This document shows positions 32,885-44,931 of a stretch of 51,292 bases of DNA, in pieces; the stretch's first letter is position 1, and each line of letters opens with the position of its first letter. A program made the translations under genes and the position numbers. Where the stretch lies: the NCBI GenBank assembly GCA_009602735.1, contig WELA01001856.1, forward strand, positions 9,272-60,563, given 5' to 3'. The notes under the pieces are model-generated. The model was not told the origin of the DNA, searched no databases, and saw only the letters and a list, made by a program, of their open reading frames with translations. This DNA is from Mesotaenium endlicherianum. Taxonomy: Eukaryota.

Positions 32885-35123
32885 TGCAACCCTGTTCCAT
32901 AGTACCCTTGGGAGGAGGTTGATATGTACTTCACCACATCGTTACGAGTTAGTGGTCAAGGGCACGATGCAGTATGGGTTGTGTCAAATAGACTCAGCAA
33001 AATGGCTCACTTCATTCCTATGAAGGAGACTTCTTCAACAGCAGATGTGGCACGGCTATATTTTTAATCATATCTTTGGACTACATGGATTGCGGAAGCT
33101 AATTGTTTCAAATGGGGATCCAAGATTTACTAGAAACAATTTTGACGATTATTGTTTACTTTGATGGGGACCAAGTTGAGTATGAGCACTTCCTATAATC
33201 CTCAGAGAGACGAGCAGAGTGAGAGACGCAATAGAACTTTGCAAACAGTGCTCAGGAGTTTATTGTGGAAAACCTTTCATAGTGGAACAAAAAGCTGCCA
33301 GTGTTAGAGTGTGTCTTGAACAACAGCATGCAAGGAACAACCAAGCAGTAAACATTCACTATGGTTTATAGGAGAGAAGTATATCATTCAGGGATCATCT
33401 TGCTCGAGAAGGCCAAGGAGACTTAGGTTCCTACTACACAAGCTTTATGGAGCAGATAGCAAAGACTTGGGACATGGCAAAGACTTGCATTCGAAAAGCA
33501 CCGGAAGAGCACGTCAAGCATGCTAACAAGCACAAGAGGGAAGTGACATTTTATGTGGGCAACAAAGTACTCTTCTCAACTGAGAATCTACCTTTCATAG
33601 GCAAGAGGAAACTGCGGGCACGACTTACAGGTCCATTTGTGTTGCTCAAGAAGGTGAATTTGGTGGCCTTTAAGTTGGAGCTTTCCTCAAACTGGGATTT
33701 ACGTGATGTGTTCCACGAGACTTACCTGCGGCCATACGTTGACCCAAATGAACGACATCCAAGACAACTACCTACACCGCCACCAATGGAAGAGATTGAT
33801 AATGTTTTGGAGTGTGAAGTGGAAGCAATTGTTAGCAATCGTCGAGTTAAGCTACGTTAACGATTTGTTCAAGAAAATCAGGTCAAGTGGAAAAGCTACC
33901 ATGCGGATGACGACACTTGGGAGCCAGAGACCAACTTGACTCATCGTAAGAATAAGTGAGGTGTTATCGACAGAACGCGTCGAGGACGTTGCGCCTAGAG
34001 AAGAGGGATAATGTCAGATCAAAGAATTGTAGAGTGCACTTTTGAGGTCTTTTTGAAGTAAAATTTGTCGAATTTGATCGAGTTTTGAAAAAATTAATAA
34101 TTTTTGAAGTTGTACTCATCTTAATGTCGATAGACAACTGTCCTTAATTCGCGAAGAGCGCGACCTTTGGCTTTACCAACAGTGTTGAGCTATATGGGCC
34201 CTTACAATGAATTTAAAACTTCACGTGATTTCGCTTGACGCGGAGTTGACGCGGAGTGCCGAAAAGGTCGAATTCCCTAGAAGTTTCTGTTTAACCTAGC
34301 GTGCCCAAGGTAGAATATTTCATAGATTTTTGTGCATGTATGTGGACGTCAAATCAACCCGACACGTCACATGAAGCTGATCTCTCACACTCATGGATAT
34401 TTTAGAAGGGAGGATTTGACAAACACTTGAAGTTTTTGTTGCAAAACAACCCTCCCTCCTAGAGAGGAGTTAGGTCAGAGAACTATAAATAGGCATAATT
34501 TCTTCATTTCTCATCAATTTTCAATTTTGTAAAATTTCTACGGATTTGTGTTGACATGGTCGTCCATCCTTTTTTATTTTTGAGCATTTTCTTGCCACCC
34601 AGAATGCATAGTAACTTTTCAAAGCATTTTCATTGATATGCCGCTGCCCTCTAGAGCATGATTGCAACTAGTTTGGTTCCTCTTGAGTTAGGACGCTTCC
34701 ACTAGGGCACCCTAGTTTTGAAATACTCGCGTATTGGCCTAGCTTGCCGTACCGATACTCCGTCTCGCATACGTATACGTAACAATTATTTTTTTGGGGA
34801 AGAATATTGGTCCTTTTTTTTTGTTTAACACCAAATAAATTTTTCTCTTTTACAGGCAAATGGTTCACATTTTTTTTTTTCTCGACCATCTATTCTTGAC
34901 GCGCTCGTCATTGTCCACCTAACGCGATCGACAAAACTTACAATTTTCAAACTTTCCAAAAGTTAAATTAGCAAACAACTTTCTACTAAGTTCACAAGCT
35001 TGGCGTATTTTGGCGTATTTTACGTACGATTTTGACACACCTGTATATACGTATCTGTACAGACCGTATCCGTACAGGCCGTATGTGTATGCTAAAACTA
35101 GGTAGGGCAGTCTGCCCCTTTCA
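32885..35123 (+). mobile_element. 3' remnant of chromovirus G (old relative of E): integrase-chromodomain, PPT, LTR 34012-35123
   Basis: KMAHFIPM, MEQIAKTWDMAKTC and ECEVEAIV resemble E pol. The LTR resembles the reverse complement of the E LTR, ending GGGCA.TCTGCCCCTTTCA. Confidence 0.85.
34711..35102. mobile_element. 392-bp MITE inserted in the G LTR
   Basis: Imperfect TIR CCTAGTTTT...ATAC; 8-bp TSD TAGGGCAC/TAGGGCAG; CGTA/TACG subterminal repeats. The LTR resumes after it. Confidence 0.8.
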
Positions 35124-36651
35124 TTTCTTGTGCCGTGCATTATTCATGTACCTGTCATAATCAATCCTAATAGAGGCAACCTTTTGTCTTTGAGAGCCGT
35201 GTGATGTCTGTCCTGTTGTCCTTCTTATTGCCCTTACTTCTTTCATTTGAAGGACGCTATGTTTTTCCTATTGTGTAATGGGCACCCCTTCTCCTTAAAC
35301 ACTTTTGCTTCATTAGGTGGACTTATCTTCTCCACAACTTGTGATACACCTGCTTGCATTGTTGCACACGAGATGCTTCTTGTGGCTCCTGCACGCTTGC
35401 AGCTTTCACCCAAGAGTTGATTTGCCCTCCTAATGGAGTCAAAAAATTTCCACTATATTGCATAAGAAACTAGCCTTATCATTATTTCCTTTTTTTGCTT
35501 GCACATCTTTGCCACAATATTGTTCTTGCTTGTAGGATCAAGTAAACTATATAGCCAGTGCCATGTGGTGCCCAAATCACAAGCAAAAAGTTTATATCGA
35601 ATTGTTTTCCACTCCACCTTGTTTCCCTTATCAATTGATCCACTAGTTCAAGCATCGGTTGAATCGAACCTCAACCACATGATTGACCTTTTGCTTCCAT
35701 GTTGGACCTCTTTTAGTGTTGTACTTCGAATTGGTCATGAAGGCACATCTGACTCAGTATGAGTCGCAGTAGACACAGTACATTCCCTTGTAGCCTTTTG
35801 CTTAACCCAATCATGCACAAGCAGCAAAGGTAGGTAGCACTATAGAGTACTTTCCCAGTGGCCTTTGACCCATCCCAATTATGAACATGGAGCATAATGT
35901 TCAAACTCTTTTTTGGTCATTTCACTTTCTGAAGTTGCATATTGCCATTTAGGTCATCCATTCACATGACAAAATGAATACACTTATGCACTAGATCCAC
36001 ACTTTTCTCGTGCAAGTGAGTGTGATTCTACATGAGTTTTAATCAAGCCGGATTCATTGGGGGGGCTTAAGACATCTCCAACACTCACATCTTCCCTATT
36101 TCAACACATTTAACCTTGTGTTAAGTAACCTGGTTAACAACGTGTTGAAAGTCAATTTCATATCATGATCTTAAAGCTTGTTCAATGTATCAACACCACC
36201 GTGTCGTGTCTTTGTCGTCATGCTACTTGGGAGTTCTACATGCTTGTGGCTTACTAAATTTGCTGTTAAAAACTTTATTTCCAAACTTTTTGTGCCGAGT
36301 TTATTTTGCATGTGACATTCACCCCAGTCACGCTTGGTGCAAATGATGGAACGACACAACATCTTTAAAAGAGTGGTCAAGACATGTCTATCTATGAGGT
36401 GCACATATAATTGCAAAAGTACGAGACAATTTCGGTAATTTGTGAGCTACTTTCTCTTACGCCTCCACCAGAACGAACATCCATGTTTTAAGACCTTGCA
36501 ACGTATCTCAAATGAAGAGCATAACCCATCTCTTGGCAGCTCATCATTTTTATGGAGGTGGCCTAAGCCTTACATATAAGTGCAATGGCGCAAATTGGAA
36601 GTTGCCAACTACATCCTGCTATTGAGCAACAAAAACGTGCATGGTTTGATG

Positions 36652-39600
36652 TCAAGCATCTCCCCCAGCTTTGCCTTTAGTTGCGGCAACTACCTTTGCA
36701 CGCTGTGCCAACGCGTCTGCATTATGCTTCACTCTTGCAATGTGGCATGTAACTTGAGCAGCTCCTTCCATGCCTAACCGCTTTGTATGCTCGATAAGAA
36801 CCAGTAGAAAAGACTTCAGATCTCGTATGTGGATGTAAACAAGGTCAACTGCCTGACCCAAATAACGCATTGCTTGATACCGAGCAGATCCAACATTACA
36901 GGTAAGTGATCTAGCTGCCTCTTTGAAGCTGTGATCAACATGTGACACAAATTTGTTGCCATTGATGGCTTTCAGCACAGCCATATGGAAACTTGCAACT
37001 CTTGCCTTTATCTCCTTCAAGCCTGGAGTTGGCCGCTGCACAGGAGAAGCCTCCCTAGCTCTTTGCACCAAAGCATTAGCACCCTCTTCACCAAATTGTA
37101 CCTCCAGCTTGCGGCGAATCTCCTCTAGCTGCAGAGCTTGGGCCTCAGCTTTCTGGGTCGCCTCCTCAGTACGTGACCTGCAGTGGGATCATTAAGACTA
37201 AATCATGCATTAAGCAAAAGCACTTGCATACAAGTAGTCAGCAAATTGCTGTTGTATTTCTGCACCGTGAACATCTTGTAGCAGATGTTACGGAACAAGA
37301 CTTACTTGGCAGCAGCAAGTTGTTCCCTCTCAAGATCAATCTGTTGCCGCTCACTGCGTGCAGACTGCTGCTGCAGCTCAACTTCCATCTGCAACATGTA
37401 AGCAGCCCCCTGCTCCGCAGCAAGCCTTTTCTGCGAGGACAACAGCTGTTGGGCTGTTTCCTCAACTTGAGCTTGTCTGCGCACCAATTCCTCCTTCTCT
37501 TTTCCCAATGCCTCCTGATACCCACATGAAAACCCCCTTCTCTTCTCTTCAATAAGAGGTTTCCACAAAATGCAAAAAGGGGGAAGACCCTTTTGTCAGG
37601 TCACATAACACTCCGCAATTTGACATACAACATGCTACTGCTCAACCAGAATAATACATGGAGAAAGCTTGTGTCATACACAGACCTTGAGATATGACCC
37701 CATGTGCTCCTCCCATTTTTCCCTCTCCTGCTGAAGCTCCAGCACAAGAGAAGTCCGGAAAGCCTCAGATTCCTTGAGTAGCTCTTCAGCTCCTTGCCTA
37801 TGCATTCTCTCTATTCCTAGCTCTTGCTCTGCTCTCTGCTCAGCAGCTTCAGCAGCAGCAGCAGCTTCAACTGCAGCCTCAGCAATTTTTTCTGCATCAA
37901 GGCGTGCCAGCTCCTCGGACACAATATCACCGGCTTCACCATAAGCAAGAGCGATGGCAGCCTGGCCATGGGTCACCGGTTTGCTTGGCTCAAATCTCCT
38001 TGTGTAACCTGACAACCCCACAGTCCCCAGGCTTTCAGGTATTTCAGCATAACTGCAACAAATGTATGCATGTACATTCATAATCTACAACAAGGTCAAG
38101 GTCAGCAACGTCAGTGAACCTACATGGAGAAGGAATGGACTGGCCAAGAACAGTTACCAAAAGCAGACGATATCATGCTACCATCACCCTGAAGGATGTC
38201 AAAGGCCACAGCTGGTAGAGCATCAATGTCAATGCGGTCCACATCTATCAGCCCTGACACCGCCCTCAAGATCTGCACACCACCCAGTTCCCTCTTCATA
38301 CTCAATTCACTCGGCCGTAAAAATTTACCAGGTCACCAGGTCCACAATGTGAAGCTTGTGGCCAAATTGTTCAACCAGGCCATGAATGCGCGGAACTGAC
38401 TCTGAAGGAGACAACTCAATCATCACTCGCTAGTAAATGTACCCAGAAAACTCACGCTGGCTTGCTATTGAGATGCTCCACTGCATATGGCTTGGTCATG
38501 GCGATAACCAACAAATGATGACGCTCTGACTTCACCACCCAAAGTGCAGACAGCATACCTTCCTACACGTCTCAATGCGAGTGCTTACTTGGGTGCAACC
38601 ATTACTTGCTCCATCCAACCTAGAAGTCATGAAAACATAGGATGTGCAAAGATGAAGCAGGGGATACCTGTTTATCAGGAGCAGGAAGTGTCCTTTGTTC
38701 CAGAGCTATTTTCCAACTGATCAAATCCTGCCTTCTCACAGGGCTGCTCCCACAGCACAGATGTTTAACTTAAAACATAAACATTCACCAACCAAATATA
38801 CAAGAACCCATCAAAAGACCACAAGTACAACGAGTACAACGTCGATTCTATTCTTCAACCACAATCGGGCACCTATGTCGAATCTTTGAAACCCCACAGT
38901 CCTTTAAACCTGCAGCTGCAAGTGCCAAGCGAGAGAAGTACCTGTCTGGAAGGAAACGATCAGATAGAGCACTACTAACACCGCTGCCAGCCTGGCCATC
39001 GTTCTCATTGTTTATGACATCCATGTGCGACAGGCGGCTCTTAATCAGACCAGCCTCAGCAAGCCCTACACCGCATAACAGGTACGTCACATTTATTTCA
39101 GAATTATTAAGAAATGCACCAGCCAATCTATGAAGGGCCGCATATCAATCAATAGGATAAGAAACGTCCCAACTTTGCAGAAATTTAGCAGACCCTGGAC
39201 TTGAATGGTCACAGCCTTCTCCGCTGCCACCAAAAACATTGACTGACTTCTTGATTAAATTATTGGCAGCTGACCTTGAATATATGGAAAATCGGGGTCT
39301 TCGGCTGAAACATCCTGAAATGCAAGCTCTGTCACATTCTCGATATACATAGCAGGAAAAACCTTCCGAGCTGAGCTACTGCACATGCCACAAATGGAAT
39401 GCATCAATGAGGACCACCAATGACCCACAACAAACAAAACTCTCAAGCCAAATGCCCAGCCTGCCCTGCCACCACCTAACACTGCAACAAAAAAAGAAGA
39501 AAAGTTCCACAAGAGTTTGACACGCAAACAACATGCAAAAGGGAATGTCATCCAGCTCGTTTACAACATAGCCACCTGCAGTCACCCCACTACCCTCTCT

Positions 39601-41876
39601 GGTTACCCCGTGTAGCGACCAATAGACTTTCTTTCAGAAAACCTTGATACCAGCTAGGTCAGTAAGTACACAGTAGGTTATGGCACACCTGCTTAAGGTG
39701 CTGCTGGCCGTGATTAGCCACCGGGCATACTCTCTCCTTGTACATATATCTCCAGCAACTATATCTCCTTCAATAACCTGCAACGCACCTCCTTGTATTT
39801 CACTTACAGCAGATATAGCTACAAAATACAAATCGGCCCAATCAGCAAAGATGCGGACTACGAAGCACAAATTGTCAGTTTGAAAAACACTACGCAAAAC
39901 TAAAACAAAAATCAGATTTTTATCATACCACTATTCAAATGGCTGGCGAGGTAGGCAGATAACCATCCGGGTCCTTCAACAAGACAGAAAATGATATACA
40001 GCAAGCTGTATTCCTGATGCTACAAAATTCCAGTACCTTTAAAGCCTGAAGTGCTTCAAGAGCTTGAGCTTGAGATTGATCGACAGCTGCCGCCACGATA
40101 ACCTTGGGTACTGAAACCTCTAGGCCTGCACCGTTCCTGGATGAGAAGACTGGGGCAGGTGTTAAGTGGGCAGAGCTTTGGCTGGTCTTGAGAGCCACAT
40201 CAGGTGTTGAAGCGCCTGTTATTCCTGTGAGGTCAGATTCTTGAAGCCCGGCATCTGTGGCAGCAGCTTGGAGAGCCCTGAAAAAAGGAAGCAGGGGATC
40301 GCCTGGATTCTCTTGTCCTTCATGCACAAAGAAATCGGTTCCGTGCCTTCCTATTTTTTCATCACCTTTATCCTCCACCACCTCCATGCTCTTCTCAACA
40401 GATCTTGTACGGGATGGTACTAAGTTCTGTTGCAGTTCCCTGTCTGCGATGCTCGCAATGGACTTTCTTGTGGTCTGTTTGGCACCATTCTGTTCATCAT
40501 CATTTGATATTTCAACTTCTGGAGTCCCCAGTAATTCTCCTCGTTCCTCCTGCGGTCCTAGCCAAATACCTTCATCTTGGTCTCGTTGGCTGGGTTCAAA
40601 AAGAGGGCGGGGGTCCTGACCACCACCAAGACTACCGCTTCCTGCTGCTCCCTTCAAAGCCTCAGGGTGACAAGGTAGAGCAACTTGTGGGAGCACATCA
40701 CCTACAGCATTCTTCTTTTCACCTTCTCCCTCAAAACGGCGCTGTTCCGTAGCCCCTCTATAGGTTCTTAGATCGTCATCTCCTATGCCAATTAATCCGT
40801 CACTTGAGCAGGTGTCATCATTGTGTTCCGTGTTGACAATACTATTTCCACCTTCATGAGTGCTGACAAAATTTTCCGTACCTGAAACATTATCTACAGA
40901 GTCAGCATCTCCATTCTACCTTAGCAGGCCATGAACTAGGTTCACCGTCTGATGCTCTGGAGGAAGATCATCACACTCAATCATAGAACCTGGTACAGAA
41001 GTTAGAAATACTGTTCCTGACACGAACAAAGTGGGTAGGGGCATATGAGCAGAACTTCCTGTAACCAAATCCCAACCCCAAGCCGCGACCTCACATTGAC
41101 ATAATGTAATATATGAAAGATAAAAGTTCATGCAAAAATGATGTCCTCAACTGCGGATGTGCCTTATAATCCTGTTTCAGGAGGCACCATGAGCAGAAAC
41201 TCAAGTAGAAGACAAGTCATGATTTCGAGTAGAGTATACCTCTTCTTTGCAATGCAGTATAGCTGAAGAGACCAATCCCAACTGCGAGTGCAACTCCGGC
41301 AACTACTTCAGGGAGTCCTGCACACAAACGATATGTTTCCGGGTAAGCCATCCACCACGAGATGCTCGACAAGAGCTTGCATTCAACCTATAATAAAGCC
41401 CTCGCGGGAAAAAAAAAAAAAAAAAGAGTGATAAAATGGACACGCATACCAGCATGTACAAAGACATCAGTCAACGTCCTGTCTAAACCCAGGGGCGTGG
41501 ACCAGCCACTGCACTCCTCCATCTCTTTCTTCTCCGGAGGCAGCCAGGAGTTGAACCCGGAGTGCTGTTGTCCAGAAACTTCAATATCTGGACTGGCGAG
41601 GTCAAGGTTCTCTTGCACCGTATCGTCTGACGTAGATTCAGGGGAAACTGCCTTCCTCCAGTTACCGGCTTTTGTTTTTATACCCCTGATGCCTTTCATT
41701 CGAAATGAGGGTAGACGACGAGTCCCGACAGGCCATGGCGAGACATGTCTGAACGCATCATTGGTGGGCTTCATAGAAGACAATATTGGTCCTAGAAAGC
41801 GGGACTCCTGTAGGCGCGGGTGCACACTGAGCCCCAGCCATACAGCGCCAGGCAGAAGCAAACATGACGTCCCCAT
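36652..41876 (-). CDS. Host gene: plastid-targeted SLH (S-layer homology) domain membrane protein with C-terminal coiled coil (At5g23890/At5g52410-like), ~12 exons
   Basis: Phase-compatible GT-AG exons: 41876-41450, 41317-41240 (TM helix), 40881-40037, 39777-39689, 39378-39275, 39065-38942, 38743-38668, 38272-38158, 38008-37686, 37514-37306, 37177-36652 (a further small exon may exist). Family motifs recognised from memory: CTRREYARWL, KVFPAMYIENVTELAF.D...EDPDF..IQGLAEAGLI, RQDLISWK, KPVT.GQAAIAL..GEA.DIVSEELAR. Confidence 0.9.
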
Positions 41877-42848
41877 TAAGAGCAGAAGCACTACACTAGT
41901 TAGCTCGACAATTTTCCGAAGCCCCGTCGACTTGTAGAAGCCGGAGAGGCAGAGCTGAAAGACAGCCCGATCGAGAGACGCTTATAATAGTTCCCAAACC
42001 TCTTGTCCTTTCGTCCAGGGCTCCTGAACGATTAGGGTCAAACTAGACTTCTACCATCAACACTATGCAGACACAACGAGTACGCCTGCCTGACGCCTGC
42101 GTACACCCGCTGTCGCAACTTGTAGATTTCAAAACTGCCGACCACCCACACAAGTTCAGCGTCTTAGCATGTCGACAACGCGGTGGCTCGAGGCGCGCTC
42201 TTACGTGTACAGGACACCAACGCAAAATAAAAATGTGGAATGAATTGGAGATTAAATCTAAGTTTAATGATTTACACGTCAGGGGAAAATGAAGGAGAAA
42301 GCGGGCAAAATTCCTTTCTCTACGTTTGAGAAAAGAGCTCTGCTCTGCACCTCTCTCCTCTCACTACTTGAATAAAAACTCTTGCAGATGTCTTCACAAT
42401 TCTGCAAGAAATTCATTAAGTTCATAAGAAACCCGCCCAACCACCCCTTTGAACAAATCACAGACAATTCGATAACCAAACATAGTCAGACAAAAGATAT
42501 ACACTAGAAACTCAAACAAACAACAAAAAAAACCACATTTCCTACGAAATACAGAAGTCAAGAGAGATACAACACGCATATACGTCATAGAATGCACACA
42601 CTTTGACACATAATTAAGCACAGTACGTAGCGGATACACAAAAGTCAAATAAGTGATATACAAGAGTGCTTTTGCTGCCTAGTTTTATGGGCAAAATGCA
42701 GTGAGAACAAAAGTTACTGTGATGTTCCTAACCTTTGGATGTTGATCGTGTATATGGATTAGCAGCCAGAGAGTGGGTGAAATCTAGTAGGATGATTAAG
42801 GTGCAACCAATTGGTAAGAAAAAGTACATTGGAGAAAGAAGAAGTTGA

Positions 42849-43544
42849 CCAAATAGGCGATTAATAATTAATGAAGATCTTCATATCAGCAAGTAATCTT
42901 TATGGTATTTTTTGTTAACTGATTAAACAGCAGGAGACAACACACTAGCAGTGGACAATTCTCGTAAGTCAAATGCAAGTTAACTAGCATCAATAATGCA
43001 ATCAGTAAACTCATACATAGGCAGGTCAGAAGACAGTGCATATCAATGGCTTCTCGCCTTGGATTCAGATATCTCTCCGTAAGCTATACAAGAGAGTTGG
43101 CCTCGTTTTCGAATGCCGAACTCGAGAGCATTAGCTAGCATACGTACATGGAATGAGTTACTGTTCAACGGCCAGTGCGATGGCACCGCCTACCCGGGAG
43201 TTAACCACGCTGGCAAGACCTCGGTTAACCAAATCCACCGCCATCTCCCATCATCCCGAATCGCCATTTATCCTAGGGATGTCATCTGGCCATTCATCTA
43301 GCATACCACACTTAGATGCATATCTAGGCAGTTTGCTGTTAGTACGAAAGTCAGCTGGCTGTCAAAGAATGTGTCAGCAAGCTAACTTAAGTTGACTTCA
43401 GCCTGCTGCTTCCGGCTGAGTCATGAAACTGATGATTATATAAAGTTCAGCAGACTGAATGTTGACTAAAATTCAGCAGACTAAACTTATTTAACTCTTA
43501 TATTTAAATGAGTATTATATCTACCAATATACTGATTCATTACA
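42849..43544 (-). repeat. 3' LTR of family B copy 2
   Basis: Starts TGTAATGAATC on the minus strand at 43544 after the PPT-like GCTGGAGGGAT. The last ~18 bp are missing relative to copy 1. Confidence 0.85.
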
Positions 43545-43661
43545 ATCCCTCCAGCTTAACTTTTTGTCGCGTCGACATTATTAAACTGCAGAAGTGCCCG
43601 GTCAGGGAACTGAACAGGACCAGCCTTCTCCCCCCGCCTGCCTCTTGCTTCACACTGTTGC

Positions 43662-44188
43662 CTAGGGGGTCGTCCCTGGGGCTTCGGGATCAGGAGACTG
43701 AGATCTGCACCTAAACCTGAACAACCCTCTAAGTCTGTCAGCTGGCCTTCTAAAAAACCCTGTTTGTTCTAAAGTTGGACCTCGAGGAGAACGAAGGATG
43801 GTAGCCTGCTCTTCAACCACCTGGACGTTGATCCCCACATAGACAGGCATTCCAGTAGGATGCTGAAATACATTGGCAAGAGGTACATGTCCCTGAGCGA
43901 AGGGGGAGGCCGGAATACCCCTGGCCACCCCGCGTGTCCCTCTTCTGGCAACCCTGTCCTTTGGGGATTTCTGCCTTTGTCTGCTGCCAAGTACAGTCAG
44001 ATCAGCTTCTTCCCATGCTTGGGCAGGTGGGCTGGGGGAGCGAGTGCGGGGTCCTGTTGTATCCATCACCGTGATCACATTTCCTACACCTGATCTTGGC
44101 TCCTTAGGAAGCTTTGTTCCTGCCTGCCCCAAGATCTCTTGGGTATCAGCTCCTGGTGCTTCTCCTTTGCCTTGTTCTTCTTCCTCAA
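43662..44188 (-). pseudogene. Distal part of the family B accessory ORF
   Basis: Continues the EEEEQG.GEAPGADTQ...LPKEPR frame seen at 493-657 into the 156-aa ORF 43662-44132. Confidence 0.65.
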
Positions 44189-44931
44189 TGAAAGGCGCAA
44201 AGTGCCCTAGCGGAAGCGTAGTGACTCACGAGGAAAACAACTAGTTGCAATCATACTAAAGAGTGCAGCGGCATATCACTAAGAAAGCTCAGAAAAAATA
44301 CTCAACATTTTGAGTAGCAGGAAACTGCTCACAAATGATGTAGGATGAAAGGCTTTATCACTTCAAACCCGTAGAAATTTACAGAAATGAAAACTCATAA
44401 GAAACAAAGAAGTTATGCCTATTTATAATATTCTGCCTAAGTGCTCCTCCCTAGGAGGAGGCTGCAGAAATTCCTAAGTGTTCGTCAAATCGTCCCTTCC
44501 AGAATATTCGTGAGTAAGCCAGATCAGTCTAATCTGACGTGTCGGGCCGAATTGACGTCCACATACATGCATCGACATTACTAGAATATTATATCTTAGA
44601 CGCGCTAGGCTAAATCGAAACTTCCAGGTAAATTGACCTAGTCGGCATTCCGCGTCAGCCGAACTTACGTGAAGGTTCAAGTTCATTGTAACAGGCCAGA
44701 TCGCTCAACGCTGTCGGTCAATCCGACGGTTGCGCTCACCGCGAATTAAGGACAGTCGTAACCGACCTCAAAACTAATTAATATTCGGACATCCAGAACT
44801 CTCTCAATACTTGACCAAATTCGATGAATTTTTTATCAAAATGATCACAAAAATGCATTCTACATTACTATACAATCAAAACATACTTTCATGAAACTCA
44901 AAAATGCACTTTATAAACCTATGACGTTACA
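44189..44931 (-). repeat. 3' LTR of element E
   Basis: Direct repeat of 49966-50710 with TG...CA termini. Confidence 0.95.

Noticed and set aside
35124..36600. Possible decayed DNA-transposon coding remnant (a MYCVYC-like peptide on the minus strand)
   Set aside because: Too degenerate, with no continuous frame or termini that I can support.
44670..44690. B-box-like GGTTCAAGTTC in the E LTR
   Set aside because: Off-consensus, not kept in the other LTR (GGTTTGAGTTC), and no A box or stem.
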